Positions 19,397 to 31,250 of a DNA stretch of 42,519 nucleotides are shown here, piece by piece (the first letter of the stretch is position 1; the number at the start of each line of letters is the position of its first letter). Made by a program: the position numbers and the translations under genes. The notes below the pieces were generated by a model, which saw only the letters and a program-made list of their open reading frames with translations, ran no database searches and was not told the DNA's origin. The stretch covers positions 62,001 through 104,519 of the forward strand of contig NW_013546511.1 of NCBI RefSeq assembly GCF_000760515.2. Reading direction: 5' to 3'. Source of the DNA: Mitosporidium daphniae. Lineage: Eukaryota.

Positions 19397-22300
19397 ATGT
19401 CCTCCTCGTCGTCATCGTCATCGTCGTTGTACAAACACACCAATACCTACAGCACTTCTGAACAGAAAAAAGACGCATATCAGCAAGATACTTATGCCTC
19501 AAAGGCCCCGCTGGGATCTCAGGCATCGACCTCCTCATCTGGGGTGGGATTGAAGGCAGAATTTGCAGACAAGAAACCATCTCCCCATCAGTCTGATTTT
19601 TCGAACAAGCCGCAAAATTTTCCATACGATGCTGCAAGATCTTTTTCCAACATTTCGCCGACGTTTTCCGATGCAAAGCCTTCCGACTTTCAGCATTCAA
19701 AATTGGCATCATATCCCTCAATGTCATCGACCCCATCGCTTGGGGACAGCGTGTCGACCTCTTCTCTGTTGACGCTTTTGTCAAGGACTACATCTTCATC
19801 CTGCTCAATTCCATCCAAAATACCGTCGCCATCGATCAATGCCTCTAGCCCGCTGTTGCAATTAGTCGACGAAAATCAGGCTTTCAAGTAGGGGGGCGTG
19901 TATCTGCTTACTTTTAGTAACCATTTGGAGCACCATCTTTGTGATGTTCTGCACTTGTACCCACGCGGAGGAACATCCACTTGTGACTACAAAGTGATTG
20001 CTGTCTTTGGCGCTCAAAGCTCCGGGAAAAGTTTATTTGCCAAATTTTCTTTTAGGCACTTTGCTGAATGCGCTTTTTGGCACTGCATTTCCAGTCATGA
20101 GGGACGAAGTGCGATCCCAAACGACAAAAGGTTTTCCCGCATCCCTTAGTGCTAGGAATTTGGCTTAGCAAGTCTCAAGGCGCGCCCTTCCTGATTCTTG
20201 ATGTGGAGGGCACTGATGGCAGAGAAAGAGGCGAAAATCAGGTAGTTACTCTCTTTTTACGCATGCAGGACTTTGAAAGAAAGGCCGCTCTTTTTTCGCT
20301 GGCCATAGCTCAGGTGGTCATTATAAACATGTGGGAATATTCCGTCGGGCTCTACAATGCTGCAAACATGGTTCTTTTAAAGACCGTTTTGGAGGTCCAT
20401 GCACAGTTGTTCCAGAACCAAAAAAGGTACTCCATTGAGCGATATTTGATCACCCCAATAGTTCTGTTCGCACAACTCTGCTGTTTGTCATTCGTGACTT
20501 CATTGGGACTACTCCTTTTTCTCAGCTGCAGAACATTATTAAAAATGACCTCGCCTCCATTTGGTCATCTCTATCAAGCAAAAACAAGGAAAGGCACGAT
20601 TCGTTGGAAGATCACTTCATCATTGCCTTTGCAAATTTGCCTCATAAGGTTCTGAAGCCAGACGACTTTTCCAGACAAATAAAAGACTTGGCCACAAGAT
20701 TCTACGATGCTGATTCCAGCAACCCAAATTCGGCTCCCATTTTCGCACACATCAACCGCTCTGATAGCTCAATTGTTCCACTGGATGGCTTTGCTGCATA
20801 TGCTTCTGTAATTTGGGAGCGCGTCAAGACAAACAAGGATCTAGACTTGCCAACGCAGCAACAGCTGCTTGCCCAATTTAGATGTGCTGAGCTGTGCCAA
20901 GTACAGATGCAAGATTCCAATTTCATCATAGATTGCCTGGGATCGGCTTGAGACCGCTTTGGCCGGCCTGACGCTGTCAAATGGAGCACTCCATCCTTCT
21001 CTTGGAGCATCTCTTGATGCTCTTCTGACATCTGCAGATGCAGAGTTTTTGGGTGCCGCTCAGCGCTACCATCCGGCAACCGTTGAAAGGCAACGAATGG
21101 ATTTATTGGAAAAGTCCATTGTCACCTTCAGACCAATTGTTACGGAGCAACTACGTACGGCTAGTAGGCGAGCGCTATTGTTATTTGTGGGGGGCGTTGA
21201 AGTACTCTTTTGCCATTTGAATTGATCTTAGGCCGGCATGAGAAGCGGAACGCACAAATTTTCTGACATTGTCGCCTCCAATTCATCTTCTGCCGCTTCC
21301 TTTTTCGATGAAAAAGCAAACAGTAAGATGCTAATTTAGCTTTCCATCAAAATAGCGGCCATGCCTCAGTCTCTGAATACCGGAAGTGATACACTTCGTC
21401 AAATGGGCATTTCTCCAATCGACTGGGGGCTTTCAGATGTGAGAAAAGAACTGCTCGAGTCTATCAATGAGCGCGCTTCATTTTACAAGCGAGAAGAGCT
21501 ACAAAGAGCGATAACCCTGGTGTCTGATAGCTTTCAAAAGGCTTTAACCCGAAGACTTTCCGGGTTGTTGGATGATGCATCCTCTGGGGCGCTTGAGTCT
21601 AGAAAAAAGTCTGCATCAGAAGGGGAGAGAGGCGAAGCTTTGAGTGGTGGCAGTGGTTTGCATTCTTCTTCAGGGGTCTGGGAGGCTCTGTTCCAGCTTT
21701 ACCCCCGTCTGGTTGGGGATGCACAAACTGCTCTTTCCAACCGGATTTCGGGCATTCTTTCCTCAGACCTGAGCATGGATGATCGTGAAAAGGATAAAAA
21801 CGCCGCGCAAGCAAAAGAGCTCGGCCAAAAGCTGTATCGCTCTTGCTGGGATCACATGCTAACTCGCCTAAAAGAAGACTTTACCACAACTTCGGTTGTT
21901 TTGGCGAGATTAAAAAGAAGGTTTGTGTGCTTATTTTTGACAGCCATTCAGGTTCGATCGCACCTTTAGATACGATGCTAAAGGTGCCCCTAGGCTGTGG
22001 ACACCCGGCGAAGATGTCAACAAGCCCTACAGTTTGGCAATTGAGCAGACCACTCTTTTGCTGGAAGATTTTTCTGAACTTGTCGGAATTCCGATCGGGG
22101 CTTCCTTTGTTCCGTCCTCCCAGACCATGGTAGATGTGCTAATTTTGATCGATAGGATCGTATCCCATTGATGTCTCCAGAGCAAAAAGCCCTGATCAAG
22201 GAGTCGTTTTTGAGAGATGCGGAGCTGGCGTTCATCGAGGCAACTAGATCGACCCTTTTGCAGCCAAGGACCCAAATTCCAACGTGGCTTATTGTGCTAT

Positions 22301-22746
22301 TGATTGTTTTGGGCTGGAACGAGTTTATGGCCATACTCGGGTCGCCGTTTTACTTTTTGATAGCGTTGATTTTGGTGGGCATTCTCGTTGTGTATGGATA
22401 CCTGCCTGCATTTGGGTCTCTCATCCCGACCGCTACTTCAATTTCAAACATCTTGATTTCCAGGGCATTAGAATATATACAGCAATTTGCCGCCCAAGAG
22501 CGCCGCCCAGAAGCCGGCCATTCTCAGCGAAGAAGCACATTTTCGCCCTCGTCGTCAGGCTCGTCATTGAGAACACAGGCTTCCCACTTTGACACTCATA
22601 AGCCATCTTTTGGCGGCAATCGCAGCTCCCCTCCAAGCTTTTCGCCAGATCTGGCAGCCAATGCTGATTTCCACGACGATCAAGACGATGATGAATACGC
22701 TAGTAATGAGCGGACCTCTCTGCTTTCCACAATTTCGAAAAAATAA
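19397..22746 (+). CDS. SEY1: Sey1/RHD3 ER-fusion dynamin-like GTPase
   Basis: [79 protein letters not shown]; many tiny introns. Confidence 0.95.
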
Positions 22747-22793
22747 ATCCGATAATTCTCGTGCTTTTCAGGCCTTTATTTATAACAAAAACC

Positions 22794-25163
22794 TTATGTG
22801 GCAAGTCTATGGATAAGGGGATAGAGATCGTTGGCTATGGGTGCTGGCGCAGCACTTAGGAACATCGAAAAGCTATAAAGTAAAATCACGCGCACATTAC
22901 TTTTCCATGAAAAGATGCGGCAGTTCTTTGTCTGGTTCCGAGGAAAGAAACGGTCTTACTTGAACAAATGTATCGATAATCTAATTGGTAGGGCAAATGT
23001 CCGCATTCAATACCTTGTCGGTAAGGTTCGGATATAGCGAGAAAATGGAACACGAAGCGGAATCTTTTGGGAACGAAAACACATTTACCAAAAGGCGACA
23101 GATGAGGCGCGCATTGGTGGACCTAAAATGCTCATCTGCCGCCATCAGATTTGTTTGCAAAAATTCAAAAAGAGATGCCGACGAGTTGGGCTTGAATATG
23201 ATTTTCTTGAAGACATCTCCGTTGAAGGGCGCATTTCGAATGATGTCTAACACTACAGGCAAAAAGATAAACGATCAGGAAATTACATGGGAAAATCTCG
23301 TTGGCAGGAAGTCGCTCTAGGAGATCCCAAAAAACCTGGGCAAAGTTTAAAGGTTCGCCCCCCAAAAAGGCTGGCTCCAGTAAATACTCCAGAACGGCCC
23401 TTTCATCATCCTAAAATAAGCGATGCCGCGTACATTTATCAATGCAAGAAGCTTCTTGAAAATGCCACTCTTATTGATCGCAGTAATCTTGTGATACTTT
23501 TGCCGGTCCTGTGGTACGGACACTGGAGGGTTTTGTGGTCGACACTCAAGTGGGTTTGCCGATGTGTTTTTCAAGATAAAATCGACCACTTGGGCGTGAT
23601 ACGCTTCTGGAAGGTCATTTTCAGCAAGGAATTTCGATGCTACCTGGTGGGGGTTGTCTAAAGGTATCAACAGAATGGCGACAAACCGTCTCGGTTCATT
23701 TGTAATTTCAATGGAGGAGCGTCTTCATGCACATCAACCGAAAACTCGTAATCATACTGCGATGTGTTTGTGGATGGCGGAGAAGAAGAAGCCGTGCTGG
23801 TAACTTCTCCAATTAAATGCCACTGCGCATTTTTCCACTAAGTTGTGATTAGAAAAAAGGATGAACCTCGTAAGCAAAAGAAACGGCCTCCTTGTGTCCG
23901 CAATTTGGATTGTTTTTGGCGACGCAGATTTGCCCCTCTTTGGTTCCTAATTTTAGCTGGCGGCAAAAATCAAACCTCTCCGTAGCATAAGATCGGAATA
24001 TTCATAAATTGTCATGGCCTCGTGATCGAAGCCCTTGGGCGCGTGCAACTCGATCTTGTTGCCAATAGAAGACAAAAAGACAAGGTCCCCAGATGAACAG
24101 CCGAGAATAAGAAGAGGTACGTCCGCGTATGAAGAGCAGTTTGCAACAGACCAAATGGAAACGGTATTTGGCAGGTGCAAATTTTGGATCAGCTCAACAT
24201 CTTGTGGAAATGGGATCGATTTCCATACCTTGCCATTGCAAAACGGTGCCATTTTCTCCCACGGCAACGGTACAATTGACGCCGTTTTGAATTTGACATA
24301 CGCTATATAAAAAATCTGCCGCTGCCGAAAGGATTCTGATGCAACTTCCGGTGTCAGACCATAGGCGAACCGTGCTACGGTAAAATGGCTGTGAAATACC
24401 CGTCGTTGGAGCTTGAAGCAAACCCAACTGCCATTGGCAGGGCACATAATGCTCGTACTGCGTCTGTGTGTCCCGTCATCGTTTTGATACATTTTTCGTT
24501 TTTCCACATCTTAATGGACTTGTCTGCCGACGCGGTGAGGAAATTTCCGTTTGGAAGAATAAGAACGGCCCACACGGCTGCCTGATGCCCCGAAAGCGTA
24601 TGCTTTGGCATTTTGAATTGATCCCACACGATGGCTGTTCTAATTGTGAATCCAAATCGCAGCAAAATACTTGTCCCACGAGCCGGAAATAAGGGTGTCT
24701 CCATCCAGAAAAAGGGAAGAAACGTTATCTGAATGGCCTAAAAGCAAGCGGTACGGTTCTGAATCTGCAGACTGCGTTGGATCGAATGCAAAGATGACTT
24801 TATCGGAGCCGCCGCTGAAAATCATTCCTATTGTAAGGAAAGGCCCCGTCCACTACCATTTGGAAATTCGCAATTTGGCGTCTTAAAGACAAGAGAATTT
24901 ACAAAGTTGGAATGAAATGAAAATGACCTTGTCTCGCTGGTCTCATAATTGGAGCCTTTTCTGCGAATGGAAAACACTTTGACATGTTTATCGCGCGAGC
25001 AGGTGATGATGCTGAATTTGATGTCGGCATCGTTGTTGGCATCATCGACAGGTCCAAAATATGGCGCCGAAATGACAGCCTTTACCTACAAATATAGGGG
25101 CTGCATTACGTCACTAGAATGTGCGGCGATGACGCTGTGAACCGGGTTCAATTTACACGACAT
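22794..25163 (-). CDS. DOA1: Doa1/Ufd3/PLAA (WD40-PFU-PUL) Cdc48 cofactor
   Basis: HSSDVKAV, LGHSDNV, ISGSWD, GHQAAVWAV, TASADK, GHTDAVR, PFU-like NPHQVASKFLAENDLPEAY..QVVDFILKN, PUL-like PVVLDIIR. Confidence 0.9.
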
Positions 25164-25250
25164 TCAATACAATTAACACACACGGCAATTTTAAATCAAT
25201 TTCCGGAGCCAACTTTTTTGTTGGCAACCGATCCGTCCCCCATATGACGT

Positions 25251-25313
25251 GCGGTGTTAAAAAGAGCATGCGCGGTGTCAAAAAGAGCATGCGCGGTGTC
25301 AAAAACAGGATGC
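25251..25313. repeat. Three-copy 21 nt tandem repeat between the DOA1 start and eIF2A stop
   Basis: GCGGTGT(T/C)AAAAA(G/C)AG(C/G)ATGC at 25251, 25272 and 25293. Confidence 0.92.
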
Positions 25314-25336
25314 CTTGCCGGCTTCTTTTATTATAA

Positions 25337-27138
25337 CTAAATAGACAGATTTTTCAACTGGTTTAGCTCGGTCAACAATTCAACCTCTTTAGAAATCTTA
25401 TCAAGCTAATGGGTCAAGGCATATATAAAACCTGATTGAGCTCCAGAGGTTCTCCAGAAGCCTGCTTGGTTTTTAACAGGCTGATTTGCTTTAGCTTTAG
25501 CGTGATATTTTTAATCAGCTTTTCCTGGGGTGATATTTTGTCCGGCTTTTGAGCTAATGCTGGAAAATCTGAAGGCTTCGGTTGCTCGGCTGCAGCTTTG
25601 CGCAACGAGGGCGGCACATATGCAACTTTTTTTTCTACCGTCACAAAGACAAAAATACCGATGCTTGCGTTCATGACCTTGTTCAAGACATTGGAGTTTA
25701 CTTGAAAATTGGCAAAAGTTCCCTTCGGAAATCGCCTCCACATGGCCTACAACCTTATCAACGACTGGCTACCTGTAAAAGCTCGCTAAATTCGACGTGC
25801 GAAACAAGGCCTCCTGTGAAGTCGTAAATCTTGATGCCGTTGTCTACTCGCAATCTTGGAGAAAGTGTTGCAAGCAGCAAAAAGCGACCGTCTGGCGACC
25901 ATTCAAGCGTGGTGGTCCCTGGCGCTTTAAAGCACGAAATTTTTTTAAGCTTTACACGGTCCCAGATCTCCACAGATCCAGAAAGGTTTCCAAAGCCAGA
26001 CATGCAGATCAGATTTCCAAAGGGGTTAAACTTTACAAAGTTTCTTGGAGAAGATCCAAAATCAAAAACGGGACGGCAATTGGAATCAAATATCTTTGCA
26101 CGAGCAGGCATGTCTACATTAACGCGCGTGCAGGACTTACTTCCATAAACGACAATAAATTCATTGGAAACGGGACTCCACTCCACAGCATGAATAGGCC
26201 CCTCCGAATCTGAATATTAATGCAGCGGGTGTACCTAATCTTAATTGGCAGTCAAGAGATCCATCCGCCGAGATAAAAACAATCGACTCGTGTCCATAGT
26301 AGGACTTTCCATTTTTATCTTCGTCCGAATGAATAAACGCAATCAAGTGGGAGCCCGTATGATTCCAAAGCAAATCTACTCTGTCCGCTTTGTAGAAGCT
26401 TTTTGTTGCCCTTGGGAGTGTAGAAAGCCCGCCTGGAAACGAAAATATTCTAATGTTAGAGGGAGACCCATTGTCGCCCTCAAAGTAAATTGCAATCTTC
26501 TGAGCGGTTTCGGATGGGGAAAGACAAAACGAGACCATGTTGCGATCCTTGAACGAAAAACATGGCGTATATGGGGCACAAGAATTGGTGATGATCAGTT
26601 CACCCGGAGAATTGGAAAATCGGACGAAAAAGGATTCGTCAAGTGTCCATTGGACTAGCCAATTGTTGGTGTTTCGATTCAGAAACGAGTAGATGACCTT
26701 TTTCTGATCCAATGACCAAACAAAGCAATTATCCGTTCTGTAAAGCTCGTGGCTGATTGGCACCTTTGTATAAATGCAAAGAAACTTGGATCGGGGAGAA
26801 AAATGCAGATGTTGGATGGATCTACCCTCTGAGACGTCCTCAATAGGGACGGTAGTGTTGTCCTCGAACGAATATAGAAAAAGCCTACAAAATAGGTTCA
26901 AAATAAAATATACCCCTTAGAGTTGGGCGCATAGGCCAAATAGGTTCCGCAGCTGCTAGCACAGTTTGCCTTTAGACCTTCATCAAGCGACAGCTGGGTG
27001 GAATTGTTGCAAAGATCGGGCGATGAAAAGGTCCCCGTGGAAAGGCTGACCACTTTGGAAGTGCTTGCGGTTCTGTCTAGAAAGATTACAAAAGGGACGG
27101 CAAATACAAAAAACAGGCAATATAGAAATGCTGGACAT
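25337..27138 (-). CDS. EIF2A: Translation initiation factor eIF2A
   Basis: KSFYKADRV.L.WN, D.NGKSYYG, GPIHAVEWSP, MPA, GFGNLSG.VEIWD, ATLSPRLRVDNG, AYVPPSLR, LELNQ. Confidence 0.93.
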
Positions 27139-27313
27139 TAAATTATGTTATTTAAATAAAAAGGGAATTTACAAAGCCAATTGCTAGCTTTGGGAAATTT
27201 AAATTTCGTACAAATACATCAAAGGTTTCAATCCAATTTTATCAACTTATTTATCACGTATATGGCGTGAAGGGATATAAAACAACAGGCGGGCCCGTCG
27301 AAAATTATCGAAA

Positions 27314-27802
27314 ATGAAAATCCAGTTTACGTATTTTCTTTCTCTCCTCTTTTTACTGATTTCTCTTGCATTTTCTTTGGATGATGGTGAGTTTGAGACC
27401 GCAGATTTTGATGAATCTGATGTTGCAGATGTAGAGCAGTTCCCGGGGCCATTTCCTGGTCCATTTCCCGGGCCATTTCCTGGTCCGCGGCCCTTCCCTC
27501 CGCGATGTATTTTTTGCCCATTCAGACCGTGCTTTTGCCCTTTTGGATATGAGTGTCGATACAGTCCTCGCACGTGCTTCAGCTGCTCATTTCCGTATTG
27601 CGTAAGATCATTTCCAAGGCCATTCCCAGGACCATTCCCAAGGCCATTCCCAGGGCCATTCCCAGGGCCATTCCCAGGGCCATTCCCAGGACCATTCCAA
27701 AGACCATCATCTCCAGGACCCTCACCTCCAGGACCTTTTCGCCAACCTGTAGAACAAGGCCCAGGCAACAGACCTGCTTCGGGCCAAGGGCTACCTAAAT
27801 AG
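27314..27802 (+). CDS. Secreted FPGP-repeat protein with a central 8-Cys (Opy2-N-like) module
   Basis: Uninterrupted 162 aa: signal peptide, acidic segment, FPGP repeats flanking CIFCPFRPCFCPFGYECRYSPRTCFSCSFPYC; TATAAAA at 27276, AATAAA at ~27850. Confidence 0.85.
   Translation: MKIQFTYFLSLLFLLISLAFSLDDGEFETADFDESDVADVEQFPGPFPGPFPGPFPGPRPFPPRCIFCPFRPCFCPFGYECRYSPRTCFSCSFPYCVRSFPRPFPGPFPRPFPGPFPGPFPGPFPGPFQRPSSPGPSPPGPFRQPVEQGPGNRPASGQGLPK
27610..27700 (+). repeat. 12-nt coding tandem repeat encoding FP(G/R)P
   Basis: TTCCCAGGGCCA-type units; a shorter array lies at 27440-27487. Confidence 0.9.
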
Positions 27803-27976
27803 AGCCGCCGTACGCAGCAAGCAGTACTTTAGTATCAAAAACAGCATCAAATAAATTCGCTTTCTGGCATGAAATCGTGCGAGCACAAGGGAGATGTGGC
27901 TAGCCTAATTTAGGTGATTTAAATTTGGCTTAAATGATAAATCCCTGTCATTAGCAACAGCGATTTTTCACGTGTC

Positions 27977-29715
27977 ATGGATTTCAATCTCGATTCGGTT
28001 CTTGCATTTGTATCCTATTTGTGGAATGTAATTGTAAACATTCCAGGGATGGATTATATAATTACTTATATCAAGAACTCGTATCAGAATGATCCTATAC
28101 GCATTATCCTGGAGGGTTTTCTCATTCTGTACACCGTCAAGTATTTAAAAAGCAAGAGACGCAACAAAGCCGATGAGGAGCTTTCAGAGCGTGTAAGCTG
28201 TAGCTTTTAAATTCAAGGACATCGATGAAATCATCGAGGAATGGATTCCATCTCCTCTGGTGCCTTGTGAGTTGCCACCTTTGGCAAAGTTTAACCTGGA
28301 CACGATAAACCCCATTACCAGGTATTGCTTTTTCGTAAATTTCTAGCGAAACCGGGATGCTTGTCAACACGAAAAAAGCAGCTGGAGATGCTTTCAACTT
28401 GGTATCCTTTAATCCGCTGGGGATCCTGAATCAACCGGACCTCAAAGTAACGTCGTTTAGCAACATCTTATCATAAGGAAATGTCTGCAATGGCAATCAA
28501 AAAATATGGTGTCGGCACATGCGGTCCTCCTGGGTTTTATGGAACCTTGGACATTCATCTTGAGCTGGAGGCAATAATTTCAAAGTTTCTCCGAACACAG
28601 GCATCGATTCTTTATTCGCAAAACTTTTCCGCCGTCAGCTCTGTGATCCCTGCTTTTTCCAAAAGAGGAGATATTATTGTTTGGTATCCCTGCCTGTTGA
28701 TAACCATTAGCGATGACGGCGTTAATTTTGCTCTGCAGAAGGGCGTCCAAATAAGCAGAAGCGATATCTTCTATTTCATCCACAATGACTTGGCGGACTT
28801 GGACAGGGTTCTGTCCGAAATTGACCAGATGTACAAGGGCAAGCTTCTTACGCGCCGCTTTATTGTCACAGAGGGCATTTTTGCTAAATATGGTGACATT
28901 TGCCCGCTTCCGCAAATCGTACGGCCAGGCATTTTGATTTCGTTTAGATTTCTTTGAAAAAAAAGTACAAGTATCGTCTGATTTTAGACGAATCCCTGTC
29001 GATCGGCTCCATTGGCGCAAGAGGTGCTGGGCTTACTGATTTCTATTCAGATCAGGTCTCCGTCAAGGACGTTGACATGATCATTGGATCGCTTGGCCAT
29101 GCTTTTGGAGCAACGGGGGGATTTTGCGCCGGATCGACCACTGTTATTGACCATCAACGGCTCGGAGGACAAGCATATTGCTTCTCTGCTTCGCTTCCTG
29201 CACTTCTCACAGTATTTGCGCTTTCGGCTATCAAAAGCATGCCGGGAATGGAGAGTTCTAGTGCGTTGGCTAATGTTGCGGATGGAATCCAACATTCCCT
29301 CGAGATGCTTCCCAAAAATATTTCTCTTTTCAAAAAGTCGCTTTTATCGCGGTTGCCCTCCTCATTTGAAGTGCGATCCAACGATAGCTCGTTGGCCTCG
29401 TGTTTGATCCACATTCAAATGGCTTCAAACCCCGAGAAGCACCCGGATAGAGATATCTTTTTCGAGGAAAAGATCCTCCAAAAGGTCGTTGACTTGGCTT
29501 TGGAACAAAACATTTACGTGACGCGTTCTAAAGACGTGCGTACAGAGGACATAAAAAATCTTCCCCCAAGCATTAAGCTTTGCATTTCCGGCGCCTTTTC
29601 CGAGTCTCAAATGGCAAAGCTTATAGATGGCCTTGTCGAGGCATTTACGAAAGTCGACAAAGAATTCAAGGATAAAAATTCTAAATTTTATTTGCAAGCT
29701 TCGAGTGTATCCTAA
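27977..29715 (+). CDS. LCB1: Serine palmitoyltransferase subunit Lcb1
   Basis: SYQNDPIRIILE, KKYGVGTCGPPGFYGTLDIHLELE, IPAFSKRGD, RRFIVTEGIF, YCFSASLP. Confidence 0.95.
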
Positions 29716-30004
29716 TAAAGGAATCGACCATGGCCCAAATTTCCTATGTAAAGGATTAGGGTTACCAATAAATTACCTTTGAATGCCCCCTTATATAAGC
29801 TTCTATTTGTTGTTGCTTGTCAATATAAGCCTTATCGATGGAGATGAGGAATTGTTCGGGGAATTCTCTCCCATACACTGCCTTTCATGGTAATTCAAAT
29901 GTAGCATCTACCTCGAACAGGGGCCCCAGCTGTGTTTCCAGGGCATCTGGGGAAACCGTTTCGCTGATCATATGAAGCAAGGTATGGGGGATTGAAGAGT
30001 TCAT
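29681..30004 (-). CDS. 86-aa protein resembling the N-terminal helices of exocyst Sec15 (absent from the ORF track)
   Basis: Exons 30004-29912, 29881-29777, 29743-29681 with 30- and 33-nt GT-AG introns: ...LETQLGPLFEAVYGREFPEQFLISIDKAYIDKQQQIEAYIRGHSKEIWAMVDSFIRIHSKLANKI*. Confidence 0.62.
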
Positions 30005-30089
30005 GACAAATTTTAATTTTTAATTTGGAATGTTGTTGTCTTGTCCGGGAAATGTTTCATGTAGATGTTACGGTTATTTTTTCTCCCAA

Positions 30090-30926
30090 ATGTCTAGACA
30101 GTGTTTATCGTCCAAGACAAAACTGAGTATTGCACCACAAGAAATTCCCGTTATAGTTCGGCCAAAATTTCGCCTCGAAGAGCAAATAATTCAAATAGAA
30201 GCTAGCCCCGGTACAACCGAAACCAAAGGATTACCACGTATTGCTTCACCTCAAAGGGAGCCTGAAATCTTGGAAAAAATATCTGCAACCAAAGAAGAGG
30301 CTTTGTTTGGACGAAGAATGGTCTACAAGGGCGTGAATGCACTTAAAAGGCTAAGGAAAGCTCTCTCCCAGTCAACGCAACAGGAAGAACAAACATCAAA
30401 CCCGGTATTACCGGCGGAGCCGCCAAAAAATCAAAATGAGTTAAAAAAACGTGACCTCCCAAAACAGCCGATCCTCCTTTCAAATGAAAAAATGGAAGAA
30501 TACTTGAAAAGATTGCTATTTCAAGTTTATGGGGAAAATTTGGATTTGGACAGGTGGAGATCTGTTTCACTGTCCGATTTGAAGCACAAATTTTTTATAG
30601 TTGCAACGGTTATGCAGGACCTCAATCGGGAAATATACAATACAGACCTTCTTTACTTGGATAGCATGGACGATCTTTTTAGTTATCTTCAAATCCCTCG
30701 ACAAACTATTTCCATAGAAAAGGGAAATCCAATTAAAGAGGTTTTTGTCAACTACTCGCCCGATTCTATTCCACAAAATCTTGATACGGCCCAATATAAA
30801 AACTCTGTTACATTAAAAGAAGAGCGCGCTAGATTTTTGAACGAAAACTATCAGCTACATTTATCTTATCTAGCGTCAAAAAAAAAGAATGACGCCACCA
30901 ATGAATCTCGTGGAAATATAAGTTAA
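30090..30926 (+). CDS. Mitochondrial ribosomal protein mL50-like
   Basis: WRSVSLSDLKHKFFIV..VMQDLNREI..TDLLYLDSMDDLFSYL...IPQNL fits the mL50 domain; start at CCCAAATG 30090 preferred, 30030 possible. Confidence 0.7.
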   Translation: MSRQCLSSKTKLSIAPQEIPVIVRPKFRLEEQIIQIEASPGTTETKGLPRIASPQREPEILEKISATKEEALFGRRMVYKGVNALKRLRKALSQSTQQEEQTSNPVLPAEPPKNQNELKKRDLPKQPILLSNEKMEEYLKRLLFQVYGENLDLDRWRSVSLSDLKHKFFIVATVMQDLNREIYNTDLLYLDSMDDLFSYLQIPRQTISIEKGNPIKEVFVNYSPDSIPQNLDTAQYKNSVTLKEERARFLNENYQLHLSYLASKKKNDATNESRGNIS

Positions 30927-31033
30927 ATAAACGCCGGAGATAAAAAAGATAAAAGGCCAGGTCCTTTTTATTTGGATCTCACTCGTTTGTCACGTATTAA
31001 AATTCATATTCCCAAGTGCTTTTTGGCAGAGCA

Positions 31034-31250
31034 TTAATGAAGCCCTAATGCACCAACACGCACCAAAGCGATGTTTTTAAATTCTGTCTTACAATCAAGA
31101 ACAATAAAAGGTTGTCTCATATATAAAAATACATTCAAAATTTGGCTAGCAAAGGCGCTATATCAGGGCTTCCCTGGCATATGGCTGCATCAGTAAGGTT
31201 AGAACACAAACCCTACGATAATCCAAAATTCTGGACTGAACATTGTCCAT
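31034..31250 (-). pseudogene. Possible degraded phosphatidylserine decarboxylase fragment
   Basis: ILDYRRV then, after a frame change, HMPGKP*YSAF..ILNVF..IVLDCKTEFKNIALVRVGALG; loosely like the PSD segments DYHRFH / HIPG.LYSV / EFGKVAMVAVGA; in-frame TGA at 31163-31165. Confidence 0.35.

Noticed and set aside
27247..27768. Minus-strand GPGN-repeat ORF (173 aa)
   Set aside because: Antisense shadow of the FPGP repeat gene, which has the signal peptide, TATA and poly(A) signal
6318..29715. Apparent frameshifts or pseudogenes in many genes
   Set aside because: Where checked, each break is resolved by a small GT-AG intron
29756..29763. TTAGGGTT telomere-like word
   Set aside because: Lies inside intron 2 of the mini-Sec15 gene, where CTAA is a plausible branch point
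31163..31165. In-frame TGA as selenocysteine
   Set aside because: No start connects to this frame, no Cys/Sec redox motif, no SECIS recognised
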